From positions 185,754,001-185,818,000 of the forward strand of contig NC_086097.1 of the NCBI RefSeq assembly GCF_963921235.1: a stretch of DNA of 64,000 nt, read 5' to 3'. The number at the start of each line of letters is the position of its first letter. The stretch's first letter is position 1. A model generated the notes under the pieces. The model was not told where the DNA came from. It was given only the letters and a program-made list of their open reading frames with translations, and did no database searches. The translations under genes were made by a program, and so were the position numbers. Positions 23,157 to 33,960 of the stretch are shown here, piece by piece. This DNA comes from Mobula hypostoma. Lineage: Eukaryota.

Positions 23157-23174
23157 GTCCTGCTGAATATGCTA
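23157..23174 (-). promoter_or_regulatory. Degenerate primer-binding site, tRNA-Ser type
   Basis: TAGCATATTCAGCAGGAC lies 2 nt after the 5' LTR; 13/18 match to TGGCGTAGTCGGCAGGAT (complement of the vertebrate tRNA-Ser 3' end), and two mismatches are CpG transitions. Confidence 0.65.
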
Positions 23175-23176
23175 GT

Positions 23177-23600
23177 TGTTGGATCTGGAGATGATATTGT
23201 CCAGAACATTCTTTGGAAGTCAAGAATAAGGCGTAAATATTGTAATTTACAGCCATTTCTTTTTAGATGTTCACAACAAAGCAATAACATTTACCAACTT
23301 ATTCTACCGTAAGTGAGGAGAGATCAAAATAAGACAAACAACCTTGCTGCATGGTCTACTTTATACAGAAAATTAGCTCAAACTGAAGAGATAAAAATAT
23401 TATTTTGATAAGAACAACTTATTAAAGAGTTTGGTTTATGCTGATGTGACACAGACTTATAGACAAAGAACCAGCTATACTACAAATTACTAAAAATCCG
23501 CTGAACATTCACAGACAAACAGATGATTATACAAACATAAGCAAGCACAAACAAAGTAAAACTACAAGAAAAATGACAATTTAGTCTCTAATTCAAAACA
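23177..23600 (-). repeat. ERV 5' LTR
   Basis: Starts tgttggatctggagatgatattgtccagaa, shares blocks such as acagacaaacagatgattata with 15411-15848, and ends aaaaca. Confidence 0.85.
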
Positions 23601-23624
23601 GCATAGACTTCCGCTAAGTAACAC

Positions 23625-23820
23625 CTACACACACAAAGGGGGAGGAACTCTGCAGGTCAGGCAGCACCTATGGAAAAAGTACAGTCGATGTTTTGAGCTG
23701 AGACAGCCTGAAACATCGACTGTACTCTTTTCCATAGATGCTGCCTGACCTGCTGAGTTTCTCCAACATTGTGTTTGTATTGCTTGAATTTCCAGCATCT
23801 GCAGATTTTCTCTTGTTTCT
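23625..23820. mobile_element. Short Penelope-derived fold-back element
   Basis: gcaggtcaggcagcacctatggaaaaagtacagtcgatgttt is inverted relative to aaacatcgactgtactcttttccatagatgctgcctgacctgc. Confidence 0.8.
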
Positions 23821-24045
23821 GATTTCTCCTAAGCAGTCTGGTTCTATCCACATCCCAAAAGATATGCTATTAGACTAATTAGCTCTGGTAAATTACCCCT
23901 AGTGTTTGTGAAGACAAAATAATGAAAGGGAAATTGATGCACATCTGACAGTAACTTGTAGGGTTAAAGTGAGATAGGAGGTTATGAGATTGATGGAATG
24001 AATTTGATTATGTCTGTTTCCTGTTTCTAGGCAAAGCATCTGAGA

Positions 24046-24047
<2 letters not shown>

Positions 24048-24079
<32 letters not shown>
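24048..24079. repeat. (GT)n microsatellite
   Basis: Direct read of the sequence. Confidence 0.95.
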
Positions 24080-24081
<2 letters not shown>

Positions 24082-24111
24082 ATGTACCCTAAGAATCATA
24101 GTATATGTACC

Positions 24112-24347
24112 TGTTACGTTTTGTAACTTCAAACCATTAAACGAATTCAAAGGAAGACATGGGAGTACGAAATATGAGTCTACTATTAAGTTCACTTTTA
24201 AGCGAGGTACACATGTATCATGTGGTAGTGTGATTATGTATTTACACATATAAACCATAATAAATTATTTCAACAAACAAGAATGCTTAATCAACCGATA
24301 TATATACAAGATTACTTAAATATTGCTGAAATATTAAATACACAACA
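24112..24347. mobile_element. Solo LTR, 236 bp
   Basis: TGTT...AACA termini with exact 5-bp TSD gtacc (24107-24111 and 24348-24352). Confidence 0.75.
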
Positions 24348-25069
24348 GTACCAAATGATATGACATTTGACATATTATCATTGGTTGCAAGCCTACTGAC
24401 TTTAATAAAGGATATTTGGTCAATAGTTCTAGCTCTACCTGTATAATTTGATCAGTAAGTAGCTATACTAAAGAATGAACTGACACTACATTAGTCGAGT
24501 TTGTGATATGCACAAGTGCAATGAAAAATATACTTGAAGCAACACCACAGGCACATAGCATTAGAAAGACAACTTTCACAAGGAAAACACGTTAACAACA
24601 TGAAATATTCAACATTATACAGGAAAGGGATCGTGTAAATTGGTTCAGGAATTGAATAGTTGAAGAGAAGTAGCTACTCTTGAACCTGGTGGTGTGGGAC
24701 TTCAGGCTTCTGTATTTCCTGCTTTAAGGTGGGGGACAGTATGATAGAATGTTCCTTATTAAGGGAGTACCAGCAGAGTGACCAAGTGTGAAGGTACTGT
24801 ACTGCAATTGAAAAGTAGGAATTCTGGGGATACAGCAGTGATGACGACAGGCAGTGGATTTGACAGATACATCACTGAATATAAGCAGTACCAATGAGTT
24901 CAGTCATATGAAACAAGTGCAAATGTTCTTAAGGAAGAACAAGATTGTCAAAATCCCGAGGGTGAGTACAAAACAGAGCAACATAACCATACAGAAGAAG
25001 AGGAAGTCTTCAGGTGATCAGGCCAAAGAGACACAAAATGCAGTGCATTACTACAAATTACAGATAACG

Positions 25070-27700
25070 ATGCCATGAATGTTGAATTCTCTAACTTCCG
25101 GTCATTTCTTCCATCCCCCCATCTTCCCTCCATTTCCATTCCCCATTCTGGCTCCCCCTTACCCCTTATCATCTCCTTACAAGCCCATCACCATCCTCTG
25201 TTGCCTCCCTTCCCTTTCTCCCATGGTCCACTTTCCTCTCCTATTAGATTCCTTTCCTTCAGCCCTTTTCCTTTTCTACCTATCACCTCCCAGCTTCTCA
25301 CTTGATCAGTGGCGGCACCAGAGCTATTTTCTTGCTGGTGCTACAGTGGGGCTGAATTATTCAGTGATGGTGCTGAGGGATATACCTTATGGTAATATAT
25401 ATTCACAAGGCCAGACGCGTGGCGTTCAAAAGTCAATTTCAAGCGTTATGTGCCTACTATAAACGCCTCTGTTGATTCACAAGCAGCAGCAAGTTATAAA
25501 TATAATATAGAAGTGAACTGTTACAGTGTCAACAGCATCGGAGACAACCTGGGCTACACAGAGCATAAACAAACAAACCTAACGGAGCATCCGACCCACA
25601 GCGCGCAACGTGAATCACGCACCAATCCCGCAATCAGTGTCAAATGCGTGCTTTTCAACTGAAAAACACACTAACCCACAATGTCCACTGCTATTCGCAT
25701 TACCTAGACAGACATTGCCAAAAGATACACCGTTATTAAAGTCAAATAAGGCAAACAACAGATGCAAGGCTTTACCAGGAGTTGGACAAATCGTACTCTG
25801 ACCATGCAATTCCTCAATTAATTCGGCTACTGAATTTAAAACAAAGATCAACAGAATCACCGCTTGGAGGTCTAAGCAAAACCAGTAGGCTTAATAGCAG
25901 TAAGTGTAATAGTTTAGGATTTTCAGGAAACATAAGGACTATGGGGTATCCACCACAAAATAATAATAAAAATCAGCATTATTCTTGGCCCAAATTTTTT
26001 TAAAAAATCAACTGCACTCACCATTGATGTTTTCAGAGAAGCACAATCCGTCTGTTGTTGTGATTGGTGGTGAAAGCATCAATGATTTTCTGGATGTCAA
26101 GTGCTTTGGTCCTCCGGCTGTTGATGGCCAACAGGGCCAAGTTGCTGTTCCGAGCATCACCGCTGCTATTCCTTAGGTAGTTTTTGAGGCATCTGAGGCA
26201 AGAGAAACTACGTTTGCATGAGGCAGATGTCACAGGTAGAGTCAGTGATATGCAGATTAGTTTGTATAAATCTATAAATGCATTGCGGTAGGGTCTCATT
26301 GGAGCTAGAAATTCCACTGTGTTATTCACTGTCTGTCCTTGCTAGAGTCTCAACCACAGCTCTCATATACTCACGATTTTCTTGGGCAATTTGCATGTCC
26401 TTTGTCAAGCATATTTCCCAATCTTGAACCGTCTTGTTTTCTCAATCTGAATTTGGCCCATGCCTCCATAGCAAACTTATGAGCTGCACTTACATGGTGG
26501 GTTTTGAAAGCTGTTGTAGCTTTCCGCCAGTTGCAGTAACTGGTGACAGTGAAGGTAGACTCAGAATGGAACCCATGTTGTCCACACAGGAAATGCCTGC
26601 ATGCAAAGCAGAACATAGTATCTTTTGTGATCGAATATTCCAGTCCGTCAAACCAGCTATGAATAAAACTCCTTTGCTGATTGCCAAACTGTTGCGAAAG
26701 GTACTTTTTCAATGCTGGCCGACGTGGTCCTTCCTCAGGCTGCTGGTTAACATCGCTAACAGTATTCCCACTAGCACTAAGAGCAGCTTCATCCACATTC
26801 TCTTCCAAATCCTGCTCCATATCTTGTTCCTCTACTTCATCCTCACACTACTTCGATGAACTGCTGTAGTCTTCATCCCCACTTACTTCTTTCTGCATGT
26901 CACTTTCAATTAAGACATGCTCAGGCTGAGACACCACTGATTCCTTTGGATGATATCGTTTTCTCACACCGGCCAAAATAATGCACGTGCCAGGCCCACG
27001 CTAGCTTGTAAAAGCACAATGTGTGTGTGTGTGGCATCCATTAGTCTCGCGAGACCATGGATCTGCGCTTGGATGTGTACTATCAATCTCTCGCGTGAGT
27101 GAGAGTGAGTGACGTCACCACCTTAAGTGATCTTAGATCAGCTTAACTGATCTGAGGACAGCAACAGCAAGACATTGACAGTGAATGAATAAGCAGAAGC
27201 GTAGAGTGGATCTGACAGAGTTTATAACTTTATTGCTGCGTGAGTGCTATGGTAATTGGGGGCGCTGTTTCACTAGATCAACTGGAGAAGCAAGCTGTAT
27301 TCAAAACTATACAGAGAAAGCAAAGCAGTTGTAATTTGTATGTGAAATTTCAGTTAATTTCTTGGTGGTGCTACGCTGGTGCTATTGCAATTTCTGCGGG
27401 GGCTATAGCACCAGCTAGCACCACCTTAGCACCTCCCCTGCACTTGATTCCCCTTCCCCACCACCTACCTTCCCCCTCACCTGGTTTCACTTATCACCTG
27501 CCAGTTTGTACTCCTTCCCCTCCCCCTCAGCTCTTTTTCTGGCCTCTTCCCCCTTCTTTTCCTGCCTAAGTGAAGGGTCTCAGCCTGAAACATCAACTGT
27601 TTATTCCTCTCAGTAGATGTTGCCTGACCTGCTGAATTGCTCCAGCACTTCATGAGTGTTGCTCTGGATTTCCAGCATCTACAGAATCTTTTGTGTTTAT
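25070..27700 (+). mobile_element. Penelope 3' fragment (25070-25306 and 27441-27700) split by the hAT element
   Basis: MNVEFSNFR endonuclease C-terminus, pyrimidine-rich 3' region, decayed hammerhead at about 27570-27600. Confidence 0.8.
25307..27440 (-). mobile_element. Internally deleted hAT (Tip100/ZMYM1-like) DNA transposon
   Basis: Exact 8-bp TSD cacttgat (25299-25306 and 27441-27448); imperfect TIRs CAGTGGCGGCACC / CAGGGGAGGTGCT; TTF-type Zn finger WF..LEYSITKD.MFCFACRHF (26371-26820) and hAT dimerisation motif LTLPVTSASCKRSFS.L (26033-26329). Confidence 0.92.
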
Positions 27701-27744
27701 GATTAGAAAAAGGATAAACTTTCCAGAATGAGTGTAGTGGAACC

Positions 27745-28100
27745 GTTTAGTCATAGTCACAGTCATCGAGCAATACAGCCCAGAAACATCTCTCAGCACT
27801 TTTTCAGTCTCTCCCCTCTTATCTTGTATCTGTGCAGTCTAGTTTTGGACTCCCCAACCCTGGGGAAAGACTATTGCCGTCTACATTATCTCCTCCTCTC
27901 ATGATTTTATAACCTTCTGTGAAGTCATTCACTCTCACCTTCATTCTCCTGCATTCCAGGATCGCAAGATCCGATATGATCAACCTCTTCCTATAACTCA
28001 GTTCCTCAAGTCCAGGCAGTATCCTCATAAGTCTCTTCTGCACCCTCTTAAGTTTAACAATGTCTTTCTTATAATGGGGTGCACAATACTCCAAGTGTAG
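27745..28100 (-). mobile_element. CR1 LINE 3' fragment
   Basis: LEYCAPHYKKDIVKLKRVQKRLMRILPGL. Confidence 0.8.
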
Positions 28101-28509
28101 ATTCTTAAACTACTCCTAAACTTGATGCCCTCAAATGATTATGAGCTGGAGTACAGGAAAGAGATATAGAGCTATGTAGCAAGGCATCACAGCAACAACC
28201 TTTCCTTAAATGTAACAAAACAAAAGAGCAAGTCATTGACTTCAGGAATGGGTGCTGTGCACACGCTTCTGTTTATATTAGTAGTGGGGAGGTTGAGAGG
28301 GTTGAAAGCTTCAGGTTCCTATGAGTGAAAATCATGAATAGCCTATGCTAATCCAATCATATAGACATCATATCCAAGAAAGCACAACTGTACCTCTAAT
28401 TCCTTAGAAGGCTAAAGAGATTTGGTATGTCCACTTTGATGCTCACCTGTTTTTAATTCCTGCATCATAGAAAACATCCTATCCAGATGCATCATAGCTT
28501 GGTATGGCG

Positions 28510-29862
28510 ACAGTGAGGATAGGAATAAAATGAGGTGGTAGATAAATGCGTGGCTGAAGAATTGGAGCAAGGGGCAGGGATTGAATTTTCTTGATCATTG
28601 CGACCTCTTCTGGAGATGAGCCAGCAGGTTTACAAGTAGATGATGTAATATGAATGTAGCGAAGGACAAGTTAATGATTGGGTACAACTGCAGACAGAGC
28701 AAAGAGTTAAGTTGTACCACAGAGACAAAATTCATAAGGTAGAAGAATGCAGGATTGAAGGCACTGTATTTAAATGCACGTAGCATTAGGAATAAGGTGA
28801 AGGAACTCATGGTACAATTAGAGATTGGTTGGTATGACGTTGTGGGCATCACTGAGTTGTGGCTGAAAGAAGGTCATAGTTGGGAGGAGAAGCATAAGTC
28901 ACATGCATCGGTATTAATGGAATAAAGGGAATTATAGAGGCACAAGAAAAGAGCTTGCCCAGGTGGTTTGGAGGAGGATATTGCCGGGGATGATGACAGC
29001 CCAGAGGTGGCTGGAGTTTCTGGGAATAGAAAAATGCAAGATAGATATGTCCCACTAAAGAAGTTCTCAAATGGCAAGGCTAGGCAACCTTGGCTGAGAA
29101 GGGAAGTTAAGGATTGCATAAAAGTCAAAGAAAGGACATATAAGGTAGCAAAAGTGAATGGGAAGTTGGATGATTGGGATGCTTTTAAAATCCAACAAAA
29201 GGCAACTAAAAAAACTGTAAGAAGGCAAAAGATGAAACATGAGGACAATCTAGCTGATAATATAAAGCAGGAAACTAAAAGTTTTTTCAGTTACATAAAG
29301 AGTAAAAGGGAGGTGAGAGTTGATCTTAAACCACTGGAAAATGATGCTGGTGAGGTAGTAATGGGGGACAAAGAACTGGCAGACGAACTTAGTAGGTAAT
29401 TTGTTGCAGTCTTTACTGTGGAAGAGACTAACTGTATGGCAGAGGTCTGTGAATATCAGGGAGCAGGAGTGAGTGGCATTGCTAATACAAAGGAAAAAGT
29501 GTCACGCAAACTCAAAGGTCTTAAGATGGATAAGTCACCTGAATCAGATGGACTACATCCTATGATCCTAAAAGAGGTTGCTGATGCAATAACGGATACA
29601 TTGGTCATGACCTTTCAAGAATCACTTAATTCTGGCATGTCACACCACTCTTTAAGATGGGCCCCTTTTCTCTGAAAGGATGTATTGTCATTGGAGAGAA
29701 TCCAGAGGAGGTTCACAAGGATGATTCTGGGACTAAAGGGGTTAGTATATGAGGAGCATTTGGCAGCTATGGGCCTGTACTCAATGGAATTTAGAGGAAT
29801 GTGTGGGGATCTCATTGAAACTTACCAAATGTTGAAACGACTAGATCAGTTGGATGTGGAGA
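28510..29862 (+). mobile_element. CR1 LINE, internally deleted
   Basis: ORF1 end, endonuclease start (YLNARSI..ITE.WL), KSFFSYIKSKR, DKSP..DGLHP..LKE, ERIQRRFTRMI. Confidence 0.85.
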
Positions 29863-30398
29863 GCCCAGAGAAGGACCTGGCAGCACAGTCTTCACAGCCA
29901 TGTCATGTGAATGTTGCAACTAATATCGGTGGAAAACTATTGCTATGTGAGCCAAGTGCCAGGAAGGCTTGCTATGTATGCATTGGGATTCATCTACATT
30001 GAGAATGTCCAGTGCTACAGCTGCCACAAGGTTGTTAATCCCTGCAGAAAGTTACAATTAGTAAAGGTAATTAAAATAGTACCCCAGAAAACATAAATAC
30101 AATACTGAGAGCATTCTACAAAATTATAGATTCATGGAGCTGACTGCCTGGGTGTCAGCAAGAGTTGGGTTTATGTATATTTATTCACAAGTCAAAAGGA
30201 AGAGGGTATTGGGCCATGATAGCAAATTGCACAGAAGATATTGATTACGGAAATGCCTGTGGAAGGTACCATGAAACCAAATAAACAAACCTACGAAGTA
30301 ACAATTCACTCAAGAAATAAACCAGAATGAGATGTCTTGGGGAAAGGACTTTCTTAATGTTGGACCAGTGAATTATATATAACCCTCCAGTCTCACAG

Positions 30399-31056
30399 AA
30401 GATGGCAGCGCGATGCAGTGTGCGCGGCCGTTCCAAATGATATCGTATGTGTTAACTAGGGGCTGTGCACAATCCTGATTTGATGGAGACAGTCGTGAGA
30501 AGCACAGAGGAACACCTGGAGAAACTTCTGAAATGTCCGCTTCGCTGCCGCTGCTACTGTGCGATCGAGAATCTCCGGAGGGGAAGGCCCCAAATCCTCG
30601 GCTTTGCCTATTGTCTGTTGCCGGGGTTGAAGTGCTTGGCAGAAATGGTGCTAGGTGTTGGAGGGCTGGTCGGAGGCTTGGAGTTTTCGGACGGACTCAA
30701 GAGTTGGCTGTGGTCCGGTGCTTCCAGAGTGCTGCATCGGCAAGTTTGCGACGCTGGAGGTTTATGGCAGGAACAGAGTTTCTCTTCCTTCTACCGTCTG
30801 TGTGAGATGATGGGACTTTCAAGAGATATTGAGACCTTTTATCGTGCCCATGGTTTGTTCTTCATCAAATTACGGTATTGCTTTGCACTGTAGTAACTAT
30901 ATGTTATAATTATATGGTTTTTGTCAGTTTTCAGTCGGTTTGTCTTGTGTTTCTGTGATATCATTCTGGAGAAACATTGCATCATTTCTTAATGCATGCA
31001 CTACTAAATGACAATAAAAGAGGACTGCATGTCCTCATAATCTAATCTAATCTAAT
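30399..31056 (+). mobile_element. Non-coding retroposon with AAGATGGC 5' end and (TCTAA)n tail
   Basis: Homolog of 20135-20809; tgacaataaaa followed by taatctaatctaatctaatc. Confidence 0.8.
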
Positions 31057-31557
31057 CCAGGTAGATTATAGTAAACTAAGCCTAATTGTAGAAGATGAGA
31101 AATTAAAACATCCAGCTGCAGATGCCGTAGTAAAATAACAGCAATTAAGCCAGATATTACACTGTAGAAAATAAATCTGGAGAAGAATCCTGTCTTCAAG
31201 ACTTTTGTTTACAGAATTGTTGAATAGTTTGAATCAAGCACAGATCAGGTTGAATGTGTTAAGAAGAATTGTATTGCAATATGACAGCAGGTCAGAAGCT
31301 CTGTCATTCCAACTGGGGTGTCATAACAGATAGGGAATGGCTGATGTCATCTTCAAAGAGCAGAAAGACAGACTGACACATGCATGAAAGCTTTGAAGAT
31401 CATTCAGATAGAAAAAAAAACAATAATGTAACTTTAATGAGACAACAGAAAGTACAAAACATGATGTCCGTGGAGCATCAGTGGAAATCAGGATGCAAGA
31501 GGGTGTAAATAGGTGTGCAAAATTGGAAAGCCATAAGAAACAACAAAGGGAGAAGTT

Positions 31558-31750
31558 ATAAACACAAGAGATTCTGCAGATGCTGGAAAATCCAGAGCAA
31601 CATACCCAAAATGCTGGATGAACTCAGCAGGTCAAGCAGTATCTACAGAGAGGTTCAGGTCCTGATGAAGGGTCTCAGTCTGAAATGTCGACTGTTTATT
31701 CCTCTTCATAAATGCTGCCTGACTTGTTGAATTTCTCCAGCATTTTGTGA
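31558..31750. mobile_element. Short Penelope-derived fold-back element with hammerhead-like core
   Basis: Minus arm 31558-31652, then plus arm starting gtcCTGATGAagggtctcagtctGAAAtgtcgac. Confidence 0.75.
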
Positions 31751-31769
31751 AGGTAGGAGATTTTGTGAC

Positions 31770-33510
31770 TGTCTTCATTATTGCAGAGACATGGCTCACC
31801 CCAACACTCAGCGCTTCAGCCTGAGAACTTCACCTTCCAGTGCATGGACTGGACAACACACAAGGTAAAGACAGAGGCAGCAGTGTTTGCTTCATCATTA
31901 ACTCACTGTAGGGCATGGAGATGATGGTCCTGTCTCATTCCTGCTCCCCTGACCTAGAACATCTGGTATCAAAGTGTCATCCATTCTGTCTGCTGAGGAA
32001 TCTATTCTGATTGCGGTGTAGATACCACTCCTGGCCAATGTCAGGCTGGCACTGGAGAAGCTGAACAATGTAATCAGCAATCATGAGATAGTACATCCTG
32101 ATGCCTTTCTGTTACTTGCAGGGATTTCAACCAAGCCAGCTTGAAGAAGTCTCTGACCAAATACTAGAACCAGGCGAGCCAACACACTGTTACACCACCA
32201 AAAATGCTTACTGTGCCATTTCACTCCCACACTTTCACAAGTCCAATCATCTGGCTGTACTTCTATTCCTAGCAAAAAGGCAGAGGTTGAGGACTGCAGC
32301 ACCAGTAGTGAGGACTGAGAAGATGTGGTCCAAGAGAGGTGGAGGACCATTTACAGGACTGCTTTGAATCAGTGGATTCATCTTCGGATCTGAATGAATA
32401 TGCCACAGTTGTCACAAACTTCATCAAGACCTATGTGGATGAGCATGTACCTTTGAGAATATCGGACATACCCAAACCAGAAGCCATGCATGAATCAGGA
32501 GATTCATAGTCTGCTGAGAGCTAGGTCTGCAGCATTCGAGACTAGTGATCCAGAACTCTACAAGAAGTCCAGGTACGAACTATGGAAGACTATATTAAAA
32601 GCAAAATGAGCAATTTTGAGTGAAGTTAGAGATGAAATCAGATGCATGTCAGCTATGGCAGGGTTTGCAGGCCATTACTTCCTGTAAGGTGAAACCTAAC
32701 ATCATAAATGTCTCCGATGCTTCACTCTCTAATGAGCCGAACACCTTTTATGCATGCTTTGAAAGGGAGAATAAAACTATACCCTTGTGAATCCTTGAAG
32801 CAGCTAGTTACATTGTGATATCTGTCTCAAAGCCCAACATCAGAACATCTTTCAAGAAGAACGGACATTTGCAAGAGATCAGGTCTTGATGGTGTACCTA
32901 GCAGGGTACTGAAATCCTGTGCCAACCAACTAGCTGGAGTGTTCAAGGACATCTTCAAATTCTCACTGCTGCATTTGGAAGTTCCCACCTGCTTCAAAAG
33001 AGTGAAAATCATACCAGTGTCCAAGAAGAGCAGGGTGAACTGCCTGAATGACAATGGACCAGTAGCACTCACATCCACTATACTTTGAGAGGTTGGTCAT
33101 GTCTAGAATTAACTCCTGCCTAAGCAAGTACCTGGACACGCTGCAATTTTCCTACCACTGCAATAGGTTACACAGATGCAATCTTACTGGTTCTGCACTT
33201 TGGACAACAGTAACACTTATGTTAGCTTGCTGTTTATTGATTATAGCTCACTGTTCAACACCATCATCCCCTCAGTACTAATCAACAGGTTTCAAAATCT
33301 GAGCTTCTGCATTTCTGTCTGTAACTGGATTCTTGACTTCCTCATTGGAACATTGCAGTTAGTGCAGATTGGTAATGCTATCTCCTCCTCGCTGACAATC
33401 AGCACAAGCGTCCCTCAAGGATGCGTACTTAGCTCACTGCTCTACTCTCTCTACGCGACTCTGTGGCTAGGGACAACTCAAACAACATTAAAAATTTACA
33501 GATGAAACTC
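31770..33510 (+). mobile_element. Rex1/Babar-type LINE (endonuclease plus RT), degenerate
   Basis: [61 protein letters not shown]. Confidence 0.85.
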
Positions 33511-33565
33511 TTGTCAACTTCCTCATCATCATCTGAATATCATACAAGACCATAAGACTATAAGA

Positions 33566-33960
33566 CTTGGAGCAACGAAGGATGAGAGGTGACCTGATAG
33601 AGGTGTACAAGATGATGAGAGGCATTGATCGTGTGGATAGTCAGAGGCTTTTTCCCAGGGCTGAAATGGCTAGCACAAGAGGGCACAGTTTTAAGGTGCT
33701 TCAAAGTAGGTACAGAGGAGATGTCAGGGGTATGTTTTTACGCAGAGAGTGGTGAGTGTGTGGAATGGGCTGCCGGCGATGGTGGGGAGGTGGATACGAT
33801 AGGATCTTTTAAGAGACTCCTGGATAGATACATGGAGCTTAGAAAAATAGAGGGCTATGGGTAATCCTACGTAATTTCTAAGGTAAGGACATGTTCGGCA
33901 CAGCTTTGTGGGCCGAAGAGCCTGTATTGTGCTGTATGTTTTCTACGTTTCTATGTTTCT
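33566..33960 (+). mobile_element. CR1 LINE 3' end
   Basis: EQRRMRGDLIEVYKMMRGIDRVD; (TTTCTA)-type tail. Confidence 0.85.

Larger units (their letters stand above)
15411..23600 (-). mobile_element. Degenerate endogenous retrovirus (LTR-gag-pol-env-LTR) with integrase and most of env deleted
   Basis: Diverged direct repeats 15411-15848 and 23177-23600 (TG..CA), PPT, degenerate tRNA-Ser PBS, and near-TSD acata/gcata. RT motifs PVKKVNGIWGLTVDYR, DMVNGF*S, YVYDVLL; tether LNPTTLL; RNase H LFTEGS and YAFGALHDFG; env LLQNH plus TM helix. Confidence 0.85.

Noticed and set aside
26033..26820. ZMYM1-like host gene
   Set aside because: It lies within TIRs and an 8-bp TSD and lacks the core domain, so it is a transposase remnant.
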